DNA of 63,753 bases, the filler included, from Octopus bimaculoides (taxonomy: Eukaryota): the NCBI RefSeq assembly GCF_001194135.2. It is 8 parts of 6 records of this genome, joined end to end, with 100 filler letters (N's around TTAATTAATTAA, not from the genome) between each part and the next. Parts side by side here need not be neighbours in the genome. Positions count along the whole stretch, not along the records: positions 38,772 to 43,732 come from NW_026418270.1; positions 43,833 to 57,026 come from NW_026416587.1; 6 more parts are not named here. One strand, 5' to 3'. Made by a program: the position numbers and the translations under genes. Positions 38,928 to 51,719 of this stretch are shown here, piece by piece. Under the pieces are notes generated by a model that was not told the origin of the DNA, did not search any database, and saw only the letters and a list, made by a program, of their open reading frames with translations. Within the stretch, counting starts at the first letter, position 1. Every line of letters begins with the position of its first letter.

Positions 38928-39524
38928 GAATATATATGCGCACATACACACACACATATATATGCACACATATAAATATATAGAAATACACACACACACA
39001 CATATATATATACACATATAGAGATATAGATATATACATACATATAGATATATGCATACATATCCATATATATATATATATATATATATACATATGTTTG
39101 TATGTTTGTATGTTTGTATGTTTGTTTGTTTGTGTATGCGTGTGTGTGTGTGTGTGTGTGTGTAGTATGGTATGATACATAGTGAACTAGAATAGCTTGG
39201 AGGAGAGAAGAGTCAGGCTGTGTTGGACCGAAGCTGCTAATTTGTTTTCTTTTATTTGGCGCGTAGCATTAAGTTTATGACGGTGGAGGAGACGACGGCG
39301 ATGGTAACGGGGGTGGGAAGTTCTTGATTTTATTGTAATAAAATAACTAAATAACGATATATTTTATTTTATTCTATGAAAAAAAAACGATAAATTGTTG
39401 CTATTTTCTACACCAAATTTATCAAAATTTGTTTCTTTTTGTCTGTGATTTTGTTCAAAATTTCTTGTTTGTTGAAGTGTGTGTGTATGTGTTTATTTGT
39501 ATTTTGTCTGCACATTATTATTGA

Positions 39525-39525
39525 C

Positions 39526-39618
<93 letters not shown>

Positions 39619-39719
39619 GTCATTATTATTATTATCATTATTATTAATTATTATTATTATTATTATTATCATTGTCATTATTATTATTATCATTATTATT
39701 ATTATTATTATTATTATTA
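39525..39719. repeat. (ATT)n microsatellite; other long runs include (GA)n 8066-8170, (GAA)n 25114-25170 and (CTAT)n 38771-38925
   Basis: Direct reading. Confidence 0.95.
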
Positions 39720-40956
39720 NNNNNNNNNNNNNNNNNNNNNNNNNNNNNNNNNNNNNNNNNNNNNNNNNNNNNNNNNNNNNNNNNNNNNNNNNNNNNNNNN
39801 NNNNNNNNNNNNNNNNNNNNNNNNNNNNNNNNNNNNNNNNNNNNNNNNNNNNNNNNNNNNNNNNNNNNNNNNNNNNNNNNNNNNNNNNNNNNNNNNNNNN
39901 NNNNNNNNNNNNNNNNNNNNNNNNNNNNNNNNNNNNNNNNNNNNNNNNNNNNNNNNNNNNNNNNNNNNNNNNNNNNNNNNNNNNNNNNNNNNNNNNNNNN
40001 NNNNNNNNNNNNNNNNNNNNNNNNNNNNNNNNNNNNNNNNNNNNNNNNNNNNNNNNNNNNNNNNNNNNNNNNNNNNNNNNNNNNNNNNNNNNNNNNNNNN
40101 NNNNNNNNNNNNNNNNNNNNNNNNNNNNNNNNNNNNNNNNNNNNNNNNNNNNNNNNNNNNNNNNNNNNNNNNNNNNNNNNNNNNNNNNNNNNNNNNNNNN
40201 NNNNNNNNNNNNNNNNNNNNNNNNNNNNNNNNNNNNNNNNNNNNNNNNNNNNNNNNNNNNNNNNNNNNNNNNNNNNNNNNNNNNNNNNNNNNNNNNNNNN
40301 NNNNNNNNNNNTATATATATATATATATATATATTCATGCATACACATATACACAGGTATAATTCTTTATTTACCTTCTACTTGCATGTAAATATATAGA
40401 CTTTATAATCTTTCTTTCTGAAAGCCTATGTTACAGCTTAAGCGTTATATTAAACGTAGCGTGTTAGCACTTGACTACAGATGCACGCATCTGCATACAC
40501 ACATGAGCATACCTTAACGCAAGCACGCACACACAAACGCACGCATCCGTCCCGTCTAGAGGAAGGACGAGGTACTGCAATAGCTTCGGATTCCAAGGTC
40601 TCCTGTCAAACGACCTGAAAGTTCTACATAGAGCGGGTGTAGGTGTTTTGGAGAAACGAGGGCAGCGCTTACAGATGGTCACTGTAAAGGCGATGATACG
40701 AGCGGTAGCCTTTAGGTTAAAACGCGTAAGTGTTATACACACACGCACACATAAATATATATCTGTGTATGTGTATATGTATCTACGTATGAATGGATGG
40801 ATGGATGGATGGATGGATGGATGACTGGCTGGCTGGATAGGTGGATGGATGGACGGATGGATCATCTGATCGTAAATCACATGGCAAATCATCACCGGAC
40901 TCAAACCACAGGGGATCGATATTATGGATATCCCTTCATCAGAGACGGTGTGAGAT

Positions 40957-41009
<53 letters not shown>

Positions 41010-41984
41010 GTAATATACGTGCATACACTTATGTTTACCCTGCGAAATCTTTCTCTTATGCGTTCTCTCTATATTTAACAACAATTTCGATTATGAAATT
41101 TCCAAAATTCCCAAAGACAAAGACAAAGAGATTACATAGATTTTTCAGACATATGAATTAATAGATATTCCCAACATCTTGTGTGAATCGTGTATATTCC
41201 TATCTCAAATATTCTACATTAATTCCCCGAAGAATTGTATCCAAGATTTCTTACTGTTATCTCCCAAGAGCTATGCAAATATCAGTTACTCCATCGCTGC
41301 GTAGGTTTATCCAAAGCCAAAATTATAATCATTTTATATTCCGAATTATGCAATAGGTTACCAGTATTCTCTCTACCTAAGAATAAAATTTGGCGTATAT
41401 ATAAATTTTTAGTGCTTGGCCATCGATAATATATATGCAAATATATGCAGCTAAGGGATAATAGTCAAGAATATTTTAAAGTTTCTATTTTAATCGATAG
41501 CAAATCAGGAATTAGGTGGTATTTGTCTTAACATTTCTAGATTCAGATCATGTTGAGTCTCTGACATAGAGACTATGGCTAATTGTGTTTCTCTTTGTTC
41601 CTATCGAAAGAGTTGGTTTTGCAGCAGCGGTCAATTAAGCTAAATACTATTTAACAAGTGAAAATTTGCATCGGGCCAACAGGGTTCCTGCAGTGATCAT
41701 TCGGTTTTCATTCTATTTGATCGGAATTAATGAGAGAATATTTAATTAATGATCTCGTCGTCAAACATGAAATTCTGGGTTTGATCCCGATCCGCAGAAC
41801 TTACGATGATATTTTCTTTTTATTTTCCTTCCTTTTGAGCCCTAGAATATCTGCAGCTGGTTACCCGGATCACATGGTGCATAAGTGATTCAGATCGCAG
41901 CATTCCTCTGAATAGGACACCCATCCTTTGCAGAGTTCAAGGCTTGCAATTTTGATAGGAGGGGACAAGTCTAGTGTTTCGAAA

Positions 41985-42145
41985 ACATTACTTGACAGGT
42001 GTTTGATTTTTAATCGGCCCCAAAGGGAATAAAACGCGCAATAGATCTCAGTGAGATTTGAACTCAGAAGATACGGAACCAGAGGAAAGTCTGCTAAGCA
42101 TTTTACCTGACGTGCAAACGATTCTGCCAGCTCGGCGACTTTAAC
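41985..42145 (-). mobile_element. SINE family B
   Basis: GATTTGAACTCAGAAG...AAACGATTCTGCCAGCTCG is the reverse complement of the family B head. Confidence 0.8.
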
Positions 42146-43609
42146 TACAACATCTACAACTTTTGAAATATATTCCTTGAAGTTTTTCTTCTAAATACTT
42201 CATTACTTCAATGGTGTCAGTCACTGGTCTGTGAAAGTGATGGAGGACTGCCCTCTAGGCATTTAGATCTATCGTAAAAGTCCCAAAACATAATTCAGCC
42301 TCGAAATTATTTTATCGGACTCTGATTAGTGAATCGCTAGATACACTTTATGATTTTACGGTACATTTACGTAACATACAGAAATGTATGTATGTATATA
42401 TGTAATATATACATATATATATAAATATATATATATATANNNNNNNNNNNNNNNNNNNNNNNNNNNNNNNNNNNNNNNNNNNNNNNNNNNNNNNNNNNNN
42501 NNNNNNNNNNNNNNNNNNNNNNNNNNNNNNNNNNNNNNNNNNNNNNNNNNNNNNNNNNNNNNNNNNNNNNNNNNNNNNNNNNNNNNNNNNNNNNNNNNNN
42601 NNNNNNNNNNNNNNNNNNNNNNNNNNNNNNNNNNNNNNNNNNNNNNNNNNNNNNNNNNNNNNNNNNNNNNNNNNNNNNNNNNNNNNNNNNNNNNNNNNNN
42701 NNNNNNNNNNNNNNNNNNNNNNNNNNNNNNNNNNNNNNNNNNNNNNNNNNNNNNNNNNNNNNNNNNNNNNNNNNNNNNNNNNNNNNNNNNNNNNNNNNNN
42801 NNNNNNNNNNNNNNNNNNNNNNNNNNNNNNNNNNNNNNNNNNNNNNNNNNNNNNNNNNNNNNNNNNNNNNNNNNNNNNNNNNNNNNNNNNNNNNNNNNNN
42901 NNNNNNNNNNNNNNNNNNNNNNNNNNNNNNNNNNNNNNNNNNNNNNNNNNNNNNNNNNNNNNNNNNNNNNNNNNNNNNNNNNNNNNNNNNNNNNNNNNNN
43001 NNNNNNNNNNNNNNNNNNNNNNNNNNNNNNNNNNNNNNNNNNNNNNNNNNNNNNNNNNNNNNNNNNNNNNNNNNNNNNNNNNNNNNNNNNNNNNNNNNNN
43101 NNNNNNNNNNNNNNNNNNNNNNNNNNNNNNNNNNNNNNNNNNNNNNNNNNNNNNNNNNNNNNNNNNNNNNNNNNNNNNNNNNNNNNNNNNNNNNNNNNNN
43201 NNNNNNNNNNNNNNNNNNNNNNNNNNNNNNNNNNNNNNNNNNNNNNNNNNNNNNTATATATATATACATTTATATATATATGCATTTCAATAAGTATGAA
43301 TATTCACGCATGCATATTAATACAAACATATGTATGAATGTACGAATTTAGGTATGTATGTATGCATGTATGTATGTATATATGAGTGCATGTATGTATA
43401 CAGGTGTGTATATATTATGTATATATGAGAGTATATTACTGATACGTTGGAGTGCAACAGCATGAACAGAATATATTATGTAAACTCTTATGTATACATA
43501 CATGCAAACACACACATATATAAGCATATATATACATATGTATGTTTTTATATATAGATATACATTTACATATATATACATATATGTACTTATATATATA
43601 TAAAATATA

Positions 43610-43640
<31 letters not shown>

Positions 43641-43700
43641 ATATAAATCTATGCATATACATACATATATATATATGTACGTATATGTATATATACATGT

Positions 43701-43732
<32 letters not shown>

Positions 43733-43854
43733 NNNNNNNNNNNNNNNNNNNNNNNNNNNNNNNNNNNNNNNNNNNNTTAATTAATTAANNNNNNNNNNNN
43801 NNNNNNNNNNNNNNNNNNNNNNNNNNNNNNNNCACACACACACAAGTATACATT

Positions 43855-44055
43855 TGCTTTTATCCTTTTATTTTCTTCAGTCATTTGACTGCAGCCATGC
43901 TGGAGCACCACCTTGAAGGGTCTTTATTCGAACAAATCGAACCCAAGACTTTTTTTAAAGCGTAGTACTTATTCAACCGGTCTCTTTTGCCGAATCGCTA
44001 AGTTACGAGTTCGTAAACACAAAAACACCGGTAGTCAAGCGGTGATGGGACAAAG
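43855..44055 (-). mobile_element. SINE family A, 3' half
   Basis: TTCAGTCATTTGACTGCAGCCATGCTGGAGCACC...GGTCTCTTTTGCCGAATCGCTAAG. Confidence 0.85.
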
Positions 44056-44369
44056 ATTCACTTATTCGATCAACTGACTCACCTCCTCCTCAGTTAATGC
44101 GTACCCTAAACGTAATTCTTAGGCAGAATCAATGTGATGCAGTGTGTGAATTACAAATACAATCAATGCGGCAGGCTTCTGTACAGTTTCCGTCTATCCA
44201 ATTTCACTCAAAAAGTATTATATGACCTGAAGTTATATACAGGGGCATTTTCCGTAGATGCCAACAAGAAACAAAGAACCTTTCTACAAAAAGACATAAT
44301 GTACTATACTGGCACTCCGTCGGTTACGACGACGAGTGTTCCAGTCGATTCGATGAACAGAACAGTCTG

Positions 44370-44635
44370 GTTGTGAAATTAATGTGCAAGTGGTTAAACA
44401 CTCCATAGACATGCACCCATAACATAATTTTCAAAGAGATTCAGTGTGATACAGGATGTGACAAGGATGGCCCTTTGAAAAGCAGGTACAACTCATTTTT
44501 TGCTAGCTGAGTGGACTGGAGCAACGTAAAATAAAAGGTCTTGCTCAAGAACATAACGCACTGCTAGGAATTGAACTCACGACCTTGCTGTCGTGAACAG
44601 AATAATCTAACCAGTAAGTCACGCACCTTCAACGT
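44370..44635 (-). mobile_element. SINE family C (CTTGAGCAA..CACTT core)
   Basis: CTCATTTTTTGCTAGCTGAGTGGACTGGAGCAACGT...CTTGCTCAAGAACA is the reverse complement of 55330-55395. Confidence 0.75.
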
Positions 44636-44994
44636 AGTGTATATCTAAACAAATAACCTTACTGCAAAACAGTTTATGTCTAAACATGGAAAGTACACAA
44701 GACAAGTCCGAACCGGTTTCTACTCTTTTTTTGTAGTTCCATTAGCTCATTGGCTTTGTCTTTAGCTTGTCGAATTAGTGCTGGAGTAAATTACTAAGCA
44801 AAATTGTACAGAGATACATATATTTGCTAAGTTGGAAAAATAGAATTGGTTTGAACAATATTATATCTTTTCTAATCGTCTATTAATTTCTCCTTGCATG
44901 TTTAATTTTTCCGCCTTCTTTTATTACGTTAACCCTAAGTTTCGGTTATTATTGTTGCAGTTGTTGATATGGTTATTGTTATGACTTAAATACA

Positions 44995-45210
44995 GGAGAT
45001 CGCTGGATTGGTAGAATCGTTTTGTGGGTCGAACAAAATGTTTTGCTGCATTTCTTCCGGCTGTTTACGCTTTGAGTTCAAATTCCAGCAAGGTCGACTT
45101 TGCTTTTCATCCTTTCAGGATCGATAAAATAAAGTACCAGTCAAGTACTGTGGTTGATGTAATCGACTAATCTCTCCCCACTAAAACTGCTAACCTTGTG
45201 TCATAATTGA
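44995..45210 (+). mobile_element. SINE family B
   Basis: GGTAGAATCGTT...TTTGAGTTCAAATTCC...GTCGACTTTGCTTTTCATCCTTTC. Confidence 0.8.
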
Positions 45211-45829
45211 TTAAAGCAATTGTTATAGAATCGTGAAGAGCTGGTGGAACAAATTAGCGCGTTGGAAATACCTTGTGGTAATGGTCCCGACTCATTTACA
45301 TTCGCAGTTCAAATCCCATTTTGCAAACTTGTGCCTATATCCAAAAATCAGGTCAGCTTCAGACCTATGCTTAAAGATGTTCCAGAGATGATGATCCCAG
45401 CTTTGCGTATATTAAGGACGACATTGTCCTGTATGTCCTTCCGATTTTACGACAGTAATGAGGGTAAAGAGCTTTGTTGTTTTTAGCAAATCGAGTAACC
45501 ACATTGAAGTTCCCTCGTTGACACGTTGTTCACGTGGAATGGTCTCTCTGGAGCGATTTAATTAAATAAATGCTTTGTTTTGTTGTCCTTTTTACTTAAA
45601 AAAATAACATTTTTACGATTTCTCTAGGGTTGAACATAGAAAAGATATTTTACTTTAAAAATATTGCTTTTACTAAGAATGGAAATAAGTTATAGATAGA
45701 CAATACTCAGGAGAAATTTTAAATGTGAGTACCAGATGCAACTCCTTTTTGGTTCTCTTACTTGTGTACTCTTTAACTATATATACATAAATACATATGT
45801 GTGCATGTATATACGTATATATAAATATA

Positions 45830-45887
<58 letters not shown>

Positions 45888-46314
45888 TATATATTTGTGT
45901 GTGTTTGTTGTGACTTCTAAAATTCTTACTGAAAAAATAAAAACAATCTGTAGAATTTCGAAATATTTTTAACAGCCAAAAGAATATTTAAAATGCTAAA
46001 ATGGACGTAAAAATCTATCTAAAAACGATATGAAAACAATCTATAAACGACATAATAAAAAGAAAAACTATGTAAAAAAAAAAAAAAATAAATATGGATA
46101 TTTTATTGGCCACCAGAGGGCGCATCACATAAATACATGCTAAGAAGAAATATGAGGAACAAATGTGTTATCTTTTAATTCTTGTTATTTGTAACTAGTT
46201 TTATTTTAAGAGTAATTTTAAAGCTACCATCATTGCCACTATCATTAACCATCATCGTCATCATCATCATCATCACCATTATCAACATCATTAGTGTTAC
46301 TGTTATTGTTACTG

Positions 46315-46962
46315 TTAAGACGTTGACTTGACAACCGTTTGCTGGCATGGCATTTCGTCTGTCCTTACATTCTGAGTTCGAATTCCGCCGAGGTCAACTT
46401 CGCCTTTCATCCTTTTGGGTCGATAAAATGAGTAGCAGTTGAGTACTGGAATCGATGTAATCGACTTACATCCTCTCAAGAAATTGCTGGCCTTGTACCA
46501 AAATTTGAAACCATTATAATTGTTGTTGCTGTTAAGGCAGCGAGATGACAGAATTGTTAGTAAGACGGATAAAATGTTTAGTGGCTTTTCGTCCGCCTTT
46601 TCATTTTGAGTTCAAATACCACCGAAGTCGACTTTGTCTTTCATCCTTTCGCGGTCGATAAAATATGTACCAGTTCAAAACGGGGTCGATGTTATCAACT
46701 AACCCCTGCCACAAAATATCAAGCCCTGTGCCTTTGGTGTTGTTGTTGTTGTTGTTGTTATCATTATTATTATAAAGGCGGCGAGCTGGCAAAATACTTA
46801 GCGGTATTTCGCCCGTCGCTACGTTCTGAGTTCAAATTCCGCCGAGGTCAACTTTGCCTTTTATCGTTCAGGGTCGATAAAATAAGCAGCAGTTGAACAC
46901 TAGGGTCGATGTAATTGACTCATCCCCTCCCCCAAAATTGCTGTCCTTGTGACAAAATTTGA
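46315..46962 (+). mobile_element. Three tandem SINE family B copies separated by short microsatellites
   Basis: Heads at ~46315, 46534 and 46774; each contains TGAGTTC.AA..CC.CCGA.GTC.ACTT.G.CTTT.ATC.TT. Confidence 0.85.
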
Positions 46963-46994
46963 AGCCATCATTATTATTATTATTATTATTATTA

Positions 46995-47362
46995 TCGCTT
47001 CATCACAGATTTTGTTGGAGCTCCTGGAGTCTTGCATGCGTAACGGGCTTACTACCTGCAGCCTACGGTACAATGCTATTCGTTCTTTTCAGATATCTAA
47101 TACTTTCCTGATTATTCTGGCTATGCCAAGGCAACAAACCTTTGTAACAGTTCTACTGGGCACTATTCCAATTTCCTTCATATTCCACTTGATGGATTCT
47201 GATACTGTCTCCAAGGACCCAACAATAATTGGCACTATCTTCACCTTCTTCCTTTTCCATAGCCGGGTTACTTCGTACTTAAGGGAGTTGTATCTATCTA
47301 TCTTTTCACTTTCCTTCTTAACTATTCGTGGGTCAAAGGGGCATGCAGCATCAACTGTATAG
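46995..47362 (-). mobile_element. 5'-truncated R4/Dong-like RLE-LINE with (TAA)n tail
   Basis: VDAACPFDPRIVKKESEKIDRYNSLKYEVTRLW...VKIVPIIVGSLETV...LGIARIIRKVL stop. Confidence 0.85.
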
Positions 47363-47870
47363 CATATGTGATGCACCTTTCAGAAAGAATGAAGTTCTCA
47401 GGGAAACTCTAGGCGTTGACGAAGATAAACTTGGTGGTCTATTTCGGAGGACTTTCGGACCCGTTACTATCATGAATAGCTTGAAGAAATCCTTGGCCTG
47501 GCATTGCTACTGTGGAGTACTGCCAGTTCGAGATAAACTTTACAGGTATGGAAGCGCTGTCAGGCGAGACTACCCGAGATGCACACAGAGTGACGAAACC
47601 GTTCTGCATGCACTCGTGCAGTGTCCAAGCATTGCTGACTTGTGAAGTTACGTCAAACATTTGTTATCGCGTATGAGACGAATCCGGCTATCGGCCGAAT
47701 CCGTCGTGGGGACCTCCCCACCACCAACCTTTAATAAGACAGGGAGGGCGATCTTCCTCTGTCTAGTGGCTATGCTGAAAGAGGTTGTGTGAAGGACGAG
47801 GCTGAAAAGATAGAGAACGGGCACCTTGGCTCTTTGGTCAAACCCTTATCGACTTTTTAAAGATCCATTT
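47363..47870 (+). mobile_element. Tx1/L1-like ORF2 C-terminal fragment
   Basis: KSLAWHCYCGVLPVRDKLYRYG...YPRCTQSDETVLHALVQCP; homologous to 16480-16850. Confidence 0.8.
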
Positions 47871-47894
47871 GGAAATAAAAGTGGGGAGAGTGAT

Positions 47895-48060
47895 GTGCCA
47901 CCTCCCTGTGGAAAAATGGTTAGTTCAGTCTCAGTTCAAATTCCACAGAGGTCGATATTGCAGTCATCCTTTCAGTCGACAAAGAAGTACCAGATGGACA
48001 CTGGGGTCGATGTAATAGACTAGCCGCTCCCCTCAAATTTCAGGATTTGTACCTATAGTA
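47895..48060 (+). mobile_element. SINE family B, decayed
   Basis: AGTTCAAATTCCACAGAGGTCGA...CACTGGGGTCGATGTAATAGAC. Confidence 0.75.
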
Positions 48061-48737
48061 GATGGGATTATTATTATTAATATTATTATTATTCAGGAGT
48101 CTTATTTTTATAACATGCTTTCACTCGCAACGGAACACATCTCTCTCTGGACCGAGGGTATGTGCAGAGTTTTGTTTTTACTTTCCTATTTTCTGTTTTA
48201 TTCAAGTAATTTATGCAACGCGTGTGTGTGTGTGCGTGCCTGTGTCTGTGTCTCTCTGTATGTGCGTGCGTGCGTCTGTGTGTGCAGGAATTGATGGTCC
48301 TATTTTCTTATTGTATATATATGCATTTGTATGTTTGTGTATGTTGTGTATGCAAGTTGTAGAATATTCGATATCAAGTAAGTGTACAATGCCTAGTAGT
48401 GCTTATTTTCTGGTGTGTATGTATGTGTATGCATGTGTATTTATATGTAATATAGACGTCAGTGTATGTGTGTATTCATATATAAATGTATGTGTGGATG
48501 GACATTCTTTGTAGAGTATAATGAGTATATAGGGAAGAGTTCGTTTCGGACCACATCAGTAGAAAGACCTTGAATAAAGTTGCATGGTCGAAAATAGCTG
48601 GATGCAAATACAATTACTAGTTCTCTATGCAGTAGAAACGTGTGTCGGTAATATTTAAACCAAATATGCCGTATAATTGACAGTAGATATTTTATAAATA
48701 TGTATTTGTACTAATCTCTATATTCATTGTAACTGTC

Positions 48738-48806
<69 letters not shown>

Positions 48807-48877
48807 CAGTGTAATTCCAGCTTAGTCCGGTTTTCACGTTTCATCATTTGCAATTTTTACAATTTTACGGTATTGAA

Positions 48878-48919
48878 ATAAACTAGTACTTTCATGCGTT
48901 ACTCAATCATCAGGTTTAT
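48878..48919 (-). ncRNA. Minimal type I hammerhead (left arm of palindrome 2)
   Basis: ATAAAC CTGATGA T TGAG TAA CGCA T GAAA GTAC T A GTTTAT; one extra stem II mismatch compared with the right arm. Confidence 0.65.
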
Positions 48920-48981
48920 ATAGTGATAGTAGTGTTCCACAATTGACAACTGTGTCAATTGTGGAACACGACTGTCAATAC

Positions 48982-49023
48982 ATAAACCTGATGATTGCGT
49001 AACGCATGAAAGTACTAGTTTAT
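48982..49023 (+). ncRNA. Minimal type I hammerhead (right arm of palindrome 2)
   Basis: Stem I ATAAAC/GTTTAT (6 bp); CTGATGA 48988-94; TGCG-taa-CGCA with U.U at 10.1/11.1; GAAA 49008-11; palindromic stem III AGTACT; CUA cleavage after 49017. Confidence 0.75.
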
Positions 49024-49104
49024 TTCAGTACTGTAAAATTGTATTGCATTACCTTTGGATATCCTTGTTGCTTATTTTGGGGGGTTTTTTGTTCTAAAGA
49101 AACT

Positions 49105-49192
49105 TATTCCTGATGAAGTGTATAGCAACTGATATATTTAACTTATATTTAGTGGTTAAATATAGCTGTATACAGAAATGCTAACATCGGAT
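49105..49192 (+). ncRNA. Type I hammerhead-like motif with extended stem II
   Basis: TATTC CTGATGA ag TGTATA-GC...TATATTTAAC/GTTAAATATA...GC-tg-TATACA GAAA TG-ctaa-CA T C GGAT. AUC after 49188; 2 unpaired nt before stem II; stem I only ~4 bp. Confidence 0.55.
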
Positions 49193-49476
49193 TAATACAT
49201 GGATATAAATATAAACATCGGTGTCAAATCTCTTAAATGTAAAAATTTTAAACTTTGGATATATAAACAAGGAGAACGATCCTTAAGGAATCTAATTTAG
49301 ATTTTTTGAGGTGAAATCTTATGCTATATTGGTAACGATTACAGAGTTTACTTTGAAAAATTATATATATATATATATATATATAGTGTTAATTTTTGTA
49401 GCTTCGGAGTGTTTTGGCTCCAATTTTTAGCAAAGCAGGTACTTAAAAACGCGCCCTTATATATAATTTTTTTATT

Positions 49477-49507
<31 letters not shown>

Positions 49508-49898
49508 ATTAATTTTGCCTATACGGTTTTAGCTTGCGGCCACTAACATTAATATATCTCATGAGTATTAATGTTCTTTTATACATATATGCTTCAAGTG
49601 TACTGAAAACAAAAGACGAAGACAGGTCAGGGAACTACAAGCAGGTGTATTAGTTTCACGCTCGGGAAGAATGGAAAACTGTTTCAGGTTTCGAACGTAC
49701 GCTCTTCGACAGAAAGGAATGAGAAGGAGAAAAATGGAAAGAGAAAAAAGATGTGTTGGGTTTAATGGTTCCATATGTTGAAATGACATATATGCATGCA
49801 TGCATGTATGTATGTACATATATGTTTGTGTGTGTGTACATATATATATATATACATACATTTATGTATGTATGTTTTTGTTGTGTGTGTGTAGATAG

Positions 49899-49936
<38 letters not shown>

Positions 49937-50953
49937 GCAGGCAGGCACGGCTGTACGCTATGTATACAAAGAATCCATGATAGAAACTCTTGTTAACTGA
50001 CGCATGCGTACATATGTTATATTAATTCAGTTGACATATCAAAAGCCATGACACTCGGGAAATTACACCACCTCAGACGGTAGATAAACATCAATCACTT
50101 TATATACTCTCTCACACACCCCTTCTTTCTCTCTCTTACTTTTTCTTTTCCCCGTCTCTTTCTCTTTCCTCCCCGTCTTTCTCACTTTCACATGATTCTC
50201 CCTATATTCTCTTTTTTTTTTCTTCCAAAAAGAAATTACATTATAATCCCTCACACCCTCTGCGTCCGTCTGTCTGCATTTCGCTGTCTCTCTTTCCCTC
50301 CCTCTGCTCCTCTTTCCCTCTGATACTCTAATATATATCTATATATACATTCCCTCTTTCTCTCACGTTTTCCCATAGCTCTTCTGTCTATATCTCTTCC
50401 CTCTGTGCCTATGTGGAACCCATAGCTACTTTGTCATACATCACATCTAAACATACATACATATCAACGTCGGCGACCTTCCCCCCTTCTTCTCTCTCTT
50501 CTCTCTCCTTGTGGCCATTTTCTTCACCTATGCGTGAGATCAATTTATATTTTAAATGAGGCGTATAATAATACACCAGTTACAAAACATTGGCTATTTT
50601 CGTCGTCGTCGTCATTTTGGTGGTTGTTGTCGTCAGCATCCCTATTGCCGCCGATACGGAGTTGATGGACATTATGCCAGGGTCCGGCCTGTCTTTGTAC
50701 CTATCTATCTATCTATGGGTAGATAGATATACATACTTGCATACATAGGGAGAGAGAGGTATATGCACAATATACACATAGATGTTTACATATATTATTT
50801 CGTTGCCTAAATATGAATATATATATATATATATCTTTACACAAGCATGCATACAAATATATATAAACACACACACACATGCACTCACACACGCACACAC
50901 ATATATATATAGGTATGTTTGTGTATATGTGTGTGTGTGTATATTTATGTGTG

Positions 50954-50984
<31 letters not shown>

Positions 50985-51719
50985 GCATACACACACGCAC
51001 ATATATATATATATTATCGCCTTGACACGAGCTCTTGTTCTGATACCCCAAATTGAATGACATTCTGAGAGAGAGGGGAGAAAACAAAGTGAGAATGAGT
51101 GAGAAGAGAAAAGAGGGAGTCATTATTTGTTAGACACACACAGAGCTGTGTTGTAATAATGGTTTCCAGATGTCGTCTGTTACGAATGTCGTCTTCCGTT
51201 TAAAATTTCCGAATGCTTAAATTTCGAAAGTTTAAGGGAAAGAATGAAAAATGACTGACTCCTCACGTAGACATTATTGTCAGCGGATAACTGTTGATTT
51301 GTAAGATATTATGTTGTTAATACCGGGTGCTTTCTAAAACAATAGACTGTTCGTTTTCAATTGGAAGCTGTTCTGATTATATCAAAAGCGATCACATTTG
51401 AAACGTGTTTGTACGTATGCATGAGGAAAAAGATAGAGAAAGAGCGAGAGAACATGTATGTGTGTGTGTACGTATGTATGAGGAGAAAGAGCGAGAGAAC
51501 ATTATGTGTGTGTGTGTGTGCATATGCGTGCTTGTGTGTGTTTATGCACATATGTGTGAAGGAAGACAATGTGTGCGCGTCTTTGTAGATGGATATCAAA
51601 GGAGAAACCAATCTGATTGAAATTGTCATTTCAATAATTAGTTTTATCACACAAGTCAGATGTTATAATTTACTAGTTGAATAATAATGGACACTCTTTC
51701 TGATGATCCCTATACAATC

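Larger units (their letters stand above)
48849..49048. repeat. ~200 bp foldback palindrome (arms ~95 bp, 4 nt loop ACTG)
   Basis: TACAATTTTACGG...CCACAATTGACA-actg-TGTCAATTGTGG...CTGTAAAATTGTA; a few mismatches, three of them G.U in + strand RNA. Confidence 0.95.

Noticed and set aside
39180-39360. Unique non-coding block with TAAT/TTTATGA words as a possible enhancer
   Set aside because: Such motifs are expected by chance in AT-rich DNA, and no conservation data are available.
40905-40955. Minus-strand CTGATGA-AGGGATATC...ATCCCCT
   Set aside because: Stem II is present but the GAAA/stem III half is missing.
44455-44500. TGG CCC TTT (WPF) as candidate exon 2
   Set aside because: It lies inside a SINE C copy, and the frame and acceptor do not fit.
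50500-50560. TGG CCA TTT (WPF) after a polypyrimidine tract as candidate exon 2
   Set aside because: No AG acceptor or Thr codon before it (CCTTG|TGG).
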